A stretch of 52,435 bases of DNA, counting the filler, from Catajapyx aquilonaris (lineage: Eukaryota), in assembly GCA_000934665.2 (NCBI GenBank). It is 3 parts of 3 records of this genome, joined end to end, with 100 filler letters (N's around TTAATTAATTAA, not from the genome) between each part and the next. Parts side by side here need not be neighbours in the genome. Positions count along the whole stretch, not along the records: positions 1 to 17,039 come from JYFJ02007054.1; 2 more parts are not named here. One strand, given 5' to 3'. The translations under genes and the position numbers were made by a program. Within the stretch, counting starts at the first letter, position 1, and each line of letters opens with the position of its first letter. The notes below the pieces were generated by a model. That model ran no database searches. It was not told the DNA's origin and saw only the letters and a program-made list of their open reading frames with translations. Shown here one piece after another: positions 1 through 11,060 of the stretch.

Positions 1-339
1 TAAAGAGAGTTCGCGCCACGAAAGTGTAGGCCTCTGAGTGAGAGAGAAGGTCTCCCAAGAAGAGTGTAGGCGCTTGACCCTTCTGGGCTTCCGTACGAAA
101 CTCTACATGGAGCATGCATTTTATCTATTTGACACTACTGAAAAATTTACCTTCTGGAGATGGGCCGCCCTTTGGCAAATAACTTCTTCAATTGGGAAGC
201 GCATTTTACCAATTACTCTTTTATATAAACACGTGAACTGCAGTAATACGTGCTTTACTAAATTTGTCCATGATTTCCAAACGCGGGGTTTCTGCAGTGC
301 AATGCACAAATTGTTTTGACGATTTATGATTCATGTATA

Positions 340-891
340 CAGGGTGGTCGGTAAATGGCGCACAAGCTTCTGGTAGCGAGATTCGTGGTGAAACACCAGT
401 ATATGGAAGTGAAGGTCATATTGCTCTACGATGCCTGGTTAGGGCTCACGAGGCCTCCAAAGTTTGGGCCAAATCATGACGTCACATCCGCCCGCGAAAG
501 TCAAACACTACCGTATCGCTACTGTCTGTGATTTCGTTGCCAGGGATTGCCATGTTGACATCCCCCACATTTCCACCCTACAATGGAACCGTATAAACTC
601 ATAATGGACAATGCCTGGCAACGTCCCGGCGAGTTTATACGGTACCATTGTAGGGTGGAAATGTGGGGGATGTCAACATGGCAATCCCTGGCAACGAAAT
701 CACAGACAGTAGCAATACGGTAGTGTTTGACTTTCGCGGGCGGATGTGACGTCATGATTTGGCCCAAACTTTGGAGGCCTCGTGAGCCCTAACCAGGCAT
801 CGTAGAGCAATATGACCTTCACTTCCATATACTGGTTTTTCACAACGAATCTCGCTACCTGAAGCTTGTGCGCCATTTACCGACCACCCTG
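340..891. mobile_element. Tc1/mariner-type palindromic MITE, family A
   Basis: Termini CAGGGTGGTCGGTAAATGG...CCATTTACCGACCACCCTG with ~260-bp arms, inserted in a TA run. The empty site in the paralog (~7512-7525, tcatgtatatacaat) has one TA fewer. A second family member lies at 33837-34400. Confidence 0.92.
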
Positions 892-1136
892 GTATACAAT
901 ATGCCTGAAGAGCGTCAGCAGGAAATGGATCGAAAATGCTGTATGTGGCAGGAATGCGAGTAGGCCTAAAATTGACAGAAATGCAAAATTGCATTGGGAG
1001 GGAAAGCTAGTCGCCAAATGTGGCGACTTGACATCTTGATTTGGTCCCCAATGGATAACTTCAAGTCGCAACATGCGACTGGCGCCCGTTTAATTTCGAA
1101 CCCTGTTGCAAACTAATTTTCAGAGTGGAGCCCAAC

Positions 1137-2105
1137 ATGTCATCCTCTGGGGACAATGCACCTACTGCAGGAGGACTGTCAGCCCATATTGACACCATGC
1201 GTCTGGAATGCCTGAAGATCCTTGCAGACAGGGCGCAGCATGCAGAGCGTATGTACTGCCTCATTGAGCAGGACGTCCACTATCTGCTGGGTCGCCAGCA
1301 AGGGTTGAACAACTACCTGACGCAGAGGCTGATGGACTCCCGTGAGAGGATGCATGCCGTGCACGAACATTATGGGGTTGTGGCGGGGGAGAGGGTCCTG
1401 CTCAACTTCCTCAAGGAGAAGAAGGAATTTGAGGAGCAAGCCAGCTCACACATGGACGCAGGAATGCATGAGGAGATGAAGCTGCAGATGTGGCTGCAGG
1501 AAATGGAGCAGTGTCGTATCCAGTGCTCAAAGGCCCTGGAGGATCGGAAGGCTGAGGTTCACAGCACCAGCTCACAGCTCATGGAAGAAGTGAGCCAAGG
1601 CATCTCGTTGCTGAGCGTAGGAGAAGTAGACGCGCTGCATCGCGTCCTGGAGTGTTACCTGGCGCGATTCGGTAGGGAGGAGGCCTACCTGAAGGGCATC
1701 CAGGAGCTACAAGAGGAGGAGCACTTGGCCAAAGTGGCTCACCACAAGAAGGCTCTCTGTCTTATTGAACTGGTGCAGGGAATCCAGCACCAGAAGGTGG
1801 ATAGGAAGGTGGGTGTGTTGGAGGCCAAGGAGAGGCTGTACTGGGAAGTAACGCCAAGAGTTACGCAGGGAGAGATGGTGGCGTTGGTTTGTGGAAGCTT
1901 GACGAGGGAAGAGTTGAAGGCACAGGTGAAGGCAATGGTGAGAATGTGTGCGGGGCAGTGTCAGAAGTTGCAGGAAGAGGAAGAGAAGTACAAGAAGGAG
2001 ATCCAGATATTGGAGGGGGTGCTGAAGGCAGAGCTGGACACGGTGCGGGAGAAGGGCAAGGATGCAGGGAAGGCGTACGACGAGTGGAAGCCAATGTTAG
2101 CCTAA
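1137..2105 (+). CDS. Orphan coiled-coil protein, copy 1 (322 aa from ATG 1137; single coding exon)
   Basis: Long open frame, markedly more GC-rich than its flanks, with E/K/Q/L-rich helical composition. It is preceded by a splice-acceptor-like aactaattttcag (AG 1122-1123) and followed by AATAAA at ~2773. The paralog shows in-frame indels. No family recognised. Confidence 0.7.
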   Translation: MSSSGDNAPTAGGLSAHIDTMRLECLKILADRAQHAERMYCLIEQDVHYLLGRQQGLNNYLTQRLMDSRERMHAVHEHYGVVAGERVLLNFLKEKKEFEEQASSHMDAGMHEEMKLQMWLQEMEQCRIQCSKALEDRKAEVHSTSSQLMEEVSQGISLLSVGEVDALHRVLECYLARFGREEAYLKGIQELQEEEHLAKVAHHKKALCLIELVQGIQHQKVDRKVGVLEAKERLYWEVTPRVTQGEMVALVCGSLTREELKAQVKAMVRMCAGQCQKLQEEEEKYKKEIQILEGVLKAELDTVREKGKDAGKAYDEWKPMLA

Positions 2106-2207
2106 TTCAGCTGCCCTAAGCTTAGGGCAGCTGAATTAACATTGGCTTCCACTCGTCGTGATGACGTAATATGTGTACGGCTGGGAAGGAACCTAGGTTA
2201 CAGTTAG

Positions 2208-2422
2208 ACGCCGTACACATATTACGTCATCACGGTTTTGACATTTCTGAACCCCCCCCCCCGCCATACTTTTTTATCAATTTGAGCCCTCCCCCCTCCC
2301 CAGATTTTCGGTGTTTGGTTGGTTTATTCATCCCAAATTGGACCCCCCCCCTCCCCCTCTCGTCAATCTTTGGTCATCAGGTAGCAACCCCCCCCCCCCG
2401 GTATATGATGACGTAATATGTG
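2208..2422. mobile_element. PIF/Harbinger-like poly-C MITE remnant (also ~8751-8958)
   Basis: Inverted ends acacatattacgtcatca / tgatgacgtaatatgtgt with internal C-runs, typical of this MITE class. Superfamily assignment is by resemblance only. Confidence 0.45.
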
Positions 2423-2814
2423 TCAAGTTTAATTTTTTTGGAGCAATTTGTCCCTTGAACATATTTGTTTTATGTGCATTCCTCCTGTGCAATATGTTAG
2501 ACGAGAAACGGAACCGGACAAAATTTGCGCTTTTCATTCCCTCAGACTGTGTGGCTTCTAATGTACGGAAAACGAGAGAACGATCAGACGTCATTGTTGC
2601 TTTTTGTTGACACTCACTGTTTACCTTGATGACGTCTGATTGTTCTCTCATTTTCCGTACATTAGTGCATATAGTTTTGTGCAACACTTATAGGGTCAGT
2701 TTGTCATATTTATTGCTCAGACTTTGTGCAATATTTTAAACAGATTAATTGTGCAAGAGTACCCTGGTTTTTAATAAAGTGAGTGTATTTTACGATGATT
2801 TTAGATTGATTTTA

Positions 2815-4249
2815 GATGACGGAGTTTTTGAGCGATTGCCTTACCCCAGGGCCTGAGTTCTTTTTCCCCTTTTCTGGAAAGGACATGGGTTAAATCCTTA
2901 TGGAAAAGTGCCCCCAGATGGATTTGGCTGAAACTTAGTCAGCTAATAGACCTTGTCCTCATGGTCAATTGTTCTGAAGGCCGAAGAAAATCTATCGTGC
3001 CGTTTGGCCGCGAGAGGCGCCGAAAATCTGAATTTCAAAGTTGTCCGATCTTGGTGAAAATTACGCACACTGTAGAGTTTGACGAGCTAAGTCGAATACG
3101 CTACAGGACAATTTTCTCCGACAAACCATTTTATAGTTATAGTTAGTTTTATATATGTATAGGTGACAATATAATTAGGTCTATAATAGCCTCGACATAA
3201 AAGTGTATCGCAGGCTACATGCAAGATACATACATACATAAATACATACATACAACATGCAATATGGTCCTTATTGGGTCCTCTGGAAGTAGATGAATAC
3301 ATACACATGAAACATAGAACCCAACAGATAATATTTTATAGTAGGCTACTTCAATCAATGTCATAGGTTTCCTCAACCAGGCGGTTCTTCTATGACCACT
3401 ATGAGGTGTATTGTAGTGTATATTTGTATAGTACAGCATAGTATGCCTACATAGGGTCGATGCAAAATCCGGAGGTGCACAACGCTACAGCGAGCCGGTC
3501 GACTCTTCAATTGCTGCAGAAGGCGAAGATCACGGACGTGTAATCGAGCCCATATCCGACTTCATTTTGCCGTCTGAACCCAGTTTAAACCACCCTCGAA
3601 GGTGGTCTGAGTTAGACCGCGGTATAAACCCCGTCTCGAGGCTAATCCTCATCTTTACAAACGGAACCCTGGTTTAAACCGCGATCTAATTGAGCCGCTG
3701 TTTAAACTCCGTCTTTGCAATCCACCCATATGTATAGTCCCAGTAAAAGGCCCGATGTTGAAGTCTAATTTATCCGTATCGTGGTCAAATTGTTTATAAG
3801 AGAAAATTATTCCATAGCGCATTCGACTCAGCTCATCGAACTCTACAGTGTGCGTAATTTTCACCAAGATCGGACAACTTTGAAATTCCGACTTTCGGCG
3901 CCTCTAGCGGCCAAACGGCACGGTAGATCGGCCTTCAGAACAATTGACCCTGAGGACAAGGTCTATTACCTGACCAAGTTTCAGCCAATCCATCTGGGGG
4001 CACTTTTCCATAAGGATTTAACACATGTTCTTTGATGAAGAGTGATATTAATGAATAATAATCCGAGGACTGCCCGGATTACCCCCGGATTACCTAGTTA
4101 CCTGATCAAAATGACCTCGCGACCCATTTTTGAGGGGGGCAGTCGGGTAGAGGTCAAATCATAAAATTCCGACCTCACTGATTTTCTTGAAATTCGATGC
4201 ATTGACATGTGCCCTCCTCCAACATGGGTCACAGGATCATTTCGAGCAG
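2815..4249 (+). mobile_element. Fragment of piggyBac-like non-autonomous family, split by a Spy-like insertion
   Basis: Matches 9306-9395 plus 11061-11400, and the reverse complement of the right end of 32395-34943. Confidence 0.6.
2881..4030. mobile_element. Spy-like non-autonomous DNA transposon (no TSD, AAA|TTT target)
   Basis: ~250-bp TIRs (GGACATGGGTTAAATCCTTATGG...CCATAAGGATTTAACACATGTTC) flanked by AAA and TTT. The paralogous empty site ctggAAATTTgatg at 9371-9384 shows no duplication. Confidence 0.85.
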
Positions 4250-7200
4250 TCTGTCACATAATAATCATTTCAGTGTGACAGGTTCGCTCTTGTCTCAAAG
4301 CATAGCAGATTTTCTCTAATATTTGCAATTATTTGCTTGCTTTGCAATGCACCACTAAAAAAGTACAGCACAGTGAAGAAATCTTGCTTGCTTGTGCTAG
4401 GAATCTATTTTCTAATATGTGGTTACTATCACTAACTTGATTGCATAGTTTCTATTGATGAAATACTACAAAATTTTCAATTTCAAGTGGTTATTAGTAA
4501 AGAAATGCATTTAAAGGAAGATTTTCTTCAAAGTGTGCTTCTGTGCTAGGTTGAAAAATATTAAGTTAGATTGTGAAAGGGCCATTATCGCATTCCTGAA
4601 ATATTCTCTGACCGCAACGTACAATAAGTTACCAGTTTGGTACTAAAAGAGTTATGTAGCCTACCGAAAATTGAATAATTATATGATGGCGCAAAAATTG
4701 TGGAGCAAAATGTTATGATGCACTCTCTCATTAACCAGAAGTAATTGACGTAAAATTTTAATTTAAATGAGACATGTCTATAATGGACTCTAGATATAGA
4801 GAAAATTAATTGCAGACCCTTATTTGTCTTGGTAGGCAATTTCCTACCAAGAGCTCTTGTCCTATACCTATTTCTGCTATGTTCAGTCTAAATATATTGA
4901 GTAAGGTAAATTTTTACAGAATGGAGGAACCAACCCAGTGCAGTGCCCAGTGGTGTGAAAAGTTTGCTGATATCTCATAGAGATCTCACTCCCAATAGTA
5001 TATTTCTCTGCACTTCGTATTATGTAATTCTTAGGAATATGACATATTTGTTGTTTCTTGTTAATACAATATTTATTTGGACCATGAGGACTTGTTGGGA
5101 AGTAAGTGTGACCTCTACTGTTCAAACATTTCATTGCTTACTTGTGATTGCTATTTTTTTTTTATATGGATGCATCTGGGTGTTGCAATGCACTTGTGAA
5201 TATCTGTTTGTTGCCTTGGCCAATTCATGAGGGACAGGCAGTGATACTTTGTGCCATGTAACATAATATGTACCGTATTGATTGTACAGTACATGTACCA
5301 GTGGTTTTGACACTCTAAATAATAGTTGTTCTTGAAAATGCTGTGCGTTCCAATGGATTTAGTGATTGAACTACTCCCAAAGCCTTGCCATTTTTCAGCC
5401 ATGATCTAACTGGCATTGTCTCGCAATGTATATCCACAGCTCCGATATGCTTTTGAACCCCCATTGTCTGAGAGGGAATCAGACGCAAAAGAAATTCTGT
5501 CTAGTTGCAGTCGCGCCTTTATTTTTAAATGGCTACCGGGATCTTTCGCGATAGAATCCAGCAGCTATTGTGTCCGATTGTATCGTGACAGTCCTATACG
5601 TGGTACAAGCCAAAGTATCTAGTCTTTAAAGCAGCATAAACATGTAGACTTCAGTAGTAGTAGACATTAAAAGAATGTATAAGTTACATCAAAAACCTGT
5701 GAATAGCTCATTATTACGATGTCTTTGATCATTTTCCGATTGTTTTCTAATTATCCGGCTGGAGGGACACCCGTGCAGTCATTAGCCAAGATAAACGCGA
5801 GTACTCGTATACAGTGTAATTTTTAGATTCAATTTTGTACAGGTATTTACAGTATATCAGAAATGACAGAAGTTTCTATTATTTTGTTGTTGGAATTACT
5901 CCATTTTACCCAAGTAATTTTTATACATGCTGTAGGCCTACTGGATACTCCTAAGTTTACAAAACATTAATATTCCTTGTGGTAGAGAGACACAATAATA
6001 GTCAATAACATTCAAAAAACAGCAGTGACATAGCAAAAGAGGTGGATGGCTGATGATGGCGGTAGACGACAGCCAGCTCCGATCGGAACTCATGCATTCC
6101 GCACAACAAAAGTTGGCCTCTGAAGGTTTTGGAAATATCAGAATTGAGTTCCTCGACCCTGAAACTCAGGAAATGACCCCGAAATGACTACCTCACCCCA
6201 TCAGATACTCCGCAAACACGAGATTTTCACTGACGCAGTTTTTAAAACTTTGCGTGACTGTACAAAAATTACTGGAAACTGTTGGTAGTTGGTCTAACCC
6301 TGGAAACACTCCCATAAGGTGCCCAGAACGTGGTAAAAATCGATTTAGGCTCGCAGTGTATAATTCCGTCAAAAAAATAATGTCGGACTAGAAGGACAGG
6401 CAAGTGGCGGGGTGAGGCGAACCAAGGAAGTGGGTCCAACCCAGGCGTTTGCACTCCGATGGTGGGCGACAGTGATGGGTGAGTACTGGGCACATCCCCC
6501 TCCCCCAGCATCCACCGTACACTGGCACGTAACTCGAGTTATCCGTCTCAAATCGCAGGCGCAGGTTTCCCCATGCAGAGCGCCTGTTTTCATAATAAGC
6601 GGGAAATTTTGTTATCTGGGTGACGTCACATACTGCTACGCGATAATTGGCCAACGGCGTACGCTTCCTTCCATTTACCCTGGGTACACAAGGCACGTTT
6701 TGTCCACAGACGCACAGAGACGCCTGAAACTTGGCATTGTGAGCGTGAAACCAACCAGCTGTCCAGGCGGAGGCTCCTTGTCACTGGTACCACAGTGTAG
6801 GACAGGTAAGCATCAAAAATGTTCATGCGACACTCATTCTGACACTTGAAAACCAGTGTTCGAAACTGAGATGCAGGAGCAGGAATGGCATCTGAAATAT
6901 AGATTACTCCTGGAACCGTGACGTGAGGTCAGATATAGGTTATAGGTCGTGATATAGGTTGTAGGAAAGATGCATGATGGGTAGAATGATGAGCTACATC
7001 ACATGACACTTTAGCACATACAATGTATTAGGTCAAATTGGGTTGGCCCATTCAGTACGAATCGCACCGAAAGGGAAAGTTATCTTGATGGACATTTCAG
7101 CAAGGTCACAATGGTCACAATAGTAAATATTGTTCTGTGAGGGTTTTTCCATGGAAACCTTGATGACGTCAGATCGTTCTCTCATTTTCCGTACATTAGT

Positions 7201-7759
7201 ATGTGATTCATTGATTGATTGATTACATTAGTATATGAGATCTATGGCACTAGGAGTGTATAGCATCATAAATCTCGAAACATGGAGCAATATATGCATG
7301 CAGTTTTTCTTTTTGTCTCTCCTGAAAAATTTACCTCGTGGAGATGGGCCCTTTGGCAAATAACTTCTACAATTGGGAAGCACATTTTATCAATTACTCT
7401 TTTTTATAAACACGTGAACTGCAGTAATACGTGCTTTATTAAATTTGTCCCTGATTTCCAGACGCAGGGTTTCTGCAGTGCAATGCACAAATTGTTTAGA
7501 CGATTTATGATTCATGTATATACAATATGCCTGAAGAGCTTCAGCAGGAAATGGATCGAAAATGCTGTATGTGGCAGGAATGCGAGTAGGCCTAAAATAT
7601 TATTGACAGAAATGCAACATTGCATTGGGAGGGAAAGCTAGTCGCCAAAAGTGGCGACATAGACATCTTGATTTGGTTCCCAATAATGGATAACTTCAAG
7701 TCGCAACATGCGACTGGCGCCAGTTTAATTTCGAACCCTGTTGCAAACTAATTTTCAGA

Positions 7760-8644
7760 ATGGAGCCCAACATGTCTTCATCCTCTGGGAACAATGCACC
7801 TACTGCAGAAGGACTGTCAGCCCATATCGACAGCATCCGTCTGGAGTGCCTCAAGATCCTTGCAGACAGGGCGCAGCATGCAAAGAGTCTGTACTGCCTC
7901 ATTGAGCAGGACGTCCACTATCTGCTGGGTCGCCAGAAAGGGTTGAACAACTGCCAGCTGCAGAGGCTCAAGGACTTCCGGGAGAGGATGCATGCCGTGC
8001 ACTCACACCATTGGACTATGGCGGGGGAGAAGATCCAGCTCAACTTTCTCAAGGGGAAGATGGACTGTGATGAGCAGGCCAGGTCACACATGCACACAGG
8101 GAAGCTTGAGGAGGTGAAACTGCAGCTGTGGCTGAAGGAGGTGAAGCAGTGTCGCATCCAGTGCTCAAAGGCCCTGGAGGATCGCCAGGCTGAGGTTCAC
8201 AGCACCAGCTCACAGCTCATGGGAGAAGTGAGCCAAGGCATCTCCTTGAGCGTAGAAGAAGTAGACGCGCTGCATCGCGTCCTGGAGTGTTACCTGGCAC
8301 GATTCAGGACGGAGGAGGCCTACCTGAAGGGCATCCAGGTGCTACAATTGGCCAAGGTGGCTCACCACAAGAAGACTCGCTCTCTGATTGAACTGGTGCA
8401 GGAAATTCAGCACCAGAAGATGGATATGAAGGTGGGTGTGTTGGAGGCCAAGGAGAGTCTGTACAGGGAAGTTATGCAGAGAGGGATGGTGGCGACGGTG
8501 GTTCGTGGAAGCGTGACGAGGGAAGAGTTGAAGGCACAGGAGAAGGCAATAGTGACAAAGGGTGCGGCGCAGTGTCAGAAGTTGCAAGAAGAGGAAGAGA
8601 AGTATCATACAAGAAGGAGATCAAGATATTGGAGGGGGTGCTGA
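7760..8644 (+). pseudogene. Orphan coiled-coil protein, copy 2, C-terminally frameshifted (294 aa)
   Basis: Paralog of 1137-2105. A 5-bp insertion at 8603-8609 (TATCATA versus TA) shifts the frame. The original frame continues to ...KPMLIQLP* at ~8733. It may still be expressed as a truncated protein. Confidence 0.7.
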
Positions 8645-9918
8645 AGGCAGAGCTGGACAGGGTGCGGGAGAAGGGCAAAGCTGCAGGGAAGGCGTACGAC
8701 GAGTGGAAGCCAATGTTAATTCAGCTGCCCTAAGCTAGGTTACAGTTAGACGCCGTAGGCTACACATATTACGTCATCACGTTTTTGACATTTCTGAACC
8801 CCCCCCCCCCCGTCATACTTTGTTATGATGTTATCATTTTGAGCCCTCCCCCNTTTATTCATCCCAACTTGGACCCCCCCCCCTCCCCCTCTCGTCAATC
8901 TTTGGTTATCAGGTAGCAACCACCCCCCACCCCCCCGTCTATGATGACGTAATATGTTTCAAATGTATTTATTTTTGAGCAGTTTGTCCCTGGAACATAT
9001 TTGCTGTGCAAAGTTAGATGTGAAACGGAACCAGAAAAAATTTGCGTTTTTTGCATTCCCTCTGACTGTGTGCCTTCAAATGTACGGAAAACGAGAGAAC
9101 GATCAGACGTCATCATTGTTGCTTTTTGTTGAGACTCACTGTTTACCTTGATGACGTCTGATCGTTCATTTTCCGTACATTAGTGCACGATTTGTGCAAT
9201 ATTAATATACGGTTATTTTGTCATATTTATTGATCCTTTGTGCATTATTATTTTAAACAGATCGTGCAAGATGAGAACCTTGGTTTTTAATAAAGTGCAT
9301 TTTAACCTTTTGATGACGGAGTTTTTGATAGATTGCCTTACCCCAGGGCCGGAGTTCTCTTTCCCCTTTTCTGGAAATTTGATGAAGAGTGATATATATC
9401 ACTCTTCATCAATCGTGGATTGGTAGTTTTAGCCACAAATTTGGAGGTCGGTTTGAGGTTAGCTCGTTTTGCTTCGAATCCTCTGAAGCTTTTTTACGAT
9501 AATATGGAGAGTGTTACAATGCTGATTCCCCCACTCGTGAGACAGTCACATGTATATGTTTCATAGAGATACGAAAAAAATTAAATTTAACACATTTAAC
9601 ATGATGGGAAAAAAATTATCACATTGGAGCTGGTTTGATATGCACACAAACTTGGAGTTAGCTGCTTTTGCTTGAAATAAATGTCTTGGAGTTAGCTGGT
9701 TTTGCTTAGGACACGCACATTTGGGGCCATTTTACACCCATTTCTATGTGGCTGTGCTGCACCATATTATTTTGGGTACTTGGCGGTAGAGGACAACATG
9801 GCGATCGATCCCATTGCCACTTCAAACTCATTTTCCCCCTCTATTGGAGTTAGCTGCTTTTGATTGGGAGCTCCTCTTTGAAAGTTCTTAGTGCTGTAGG
9901 TTGCTGCTGTGGTATCTA

Positions 9919-10004
9919 TAATTGAAGGGTTGCCTCCGACAACGTTGTATGTTACATATTCTGAAGTTTGACATACAACGTTGTCGGAGGCAACCCTTCA
10001 ACTA
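9919..10004. mobile_element. Small hairpin MITE
   Basis: Arms ttgaagggttgcctccgacaacgttgtatgt / acatacaacgttgtcggaggcaacccttcaa, flanked by TA. Confidence 0.6.
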
Positions 10005-10204
10005 TACACATTCCAGTGCATTTGCACAGTTATTAATACTCAGTCACATTTTCTATAAGTCTGTTTCATTATTTACGCACTTGTTAATAAATATGTTTGG
10101 ATATATAAACGTTTCCTTTTTCTTGTGTTGTGATACTCAGGTTCACCTGCTTGAGTGCCTAAGGTTTTTAAAATACTGTATATAGCAAACTCAGATGCAT
10201 GTGG

Positions 10205-11060
10205 AGATTACAACCTTAAGTTGTGATGTGCAACATATAGGGGGTTGCAATATGAAACCTCATTGCAAGCTACTAACAACCTCAGGTTGATCATTACAAC
10301 CACTGCACTGGTTGTACAAAACAACCTCTGAATAATGTTGGAAATTACAACCTATAGTCGTAATCTGCAACATATGGAGTTGTAATATGAACCCTCATTG
10401 CAAGCTACTAACAACCTCAGGTTGATCATTACAACCACTGGTTGTACAGAACAACGTCTGAATAATGTTGGAAATTACAACCTTAGTCGTAATCTGCAAC
10501 ACACGGGGTTGCAATATGAAACCTCGCTGCAAGCTACGAACAACCTCTGAATAATGTTGGAAATTACAACCTATAGTCGTAATCTGCAACATACGGGGTT
10601 GCAATATGAAACCTCGTCGCAAGCTACTAACAACCACAAGTCACATATTACAACCCAAGGTTGTAAAGAACAACCTCTGAATGAGTTGCCAGTTGCAACC
10701 TGTTGTGGTTGTCTGTGAAACAAAACAACCTCCTGCAACCTCGTGAAAGCAACCTCTTTGCAAGCTACGAACAACCTCTGAATAATGTTGGAAATTACAA
10801 CCTATAGTCGTAATCTGCAACATGCGGGTTGCAATATGAAACCTCGTTGCAAGCTCCTAACAACCACAAGTTACATATTACAACCTAAGGTTGTAAAGAA
10901 CAACCTCTGAATGAGGTTGCCAGTTGCAACCTGTTGTAGTTGTCTGTGAAACAAATCAACCTCCTGCAACCTCGTGAAAGCAACCTCTTTCCAACCTCCG
11001 TACAACCTGGTCTTGCAACCTGCACACAACCTCACTACAACCTTAAAATTTCCGTAAGGG
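10205..11060. repeat. ACAACC/GCAACC-rich subrepeat array, probable subterminal region of an EnSpm/CMC-like element
   Basis: Dense caacc motifs with a higher-order duplication (~10541-10770 versus ~10773-10990). It ends sharply at ...tttccgtaaggg, where the piggyBac-like host resumes. The classification is inferred. Confidence 0.6.

Larger units (their letters stand above)
105..4249 (+). repeat. Local duplication, copy 1 (paralog at ~7281-11400)
   Basis: Colinear near-identity with 7281-9395 and 11061-11400, covering the upstream flank, ORF, 3' flank and piggyBac-like fragment. Copy 1 has private insertions at 340-891 and 2881-4030. Confidence 0.9.
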
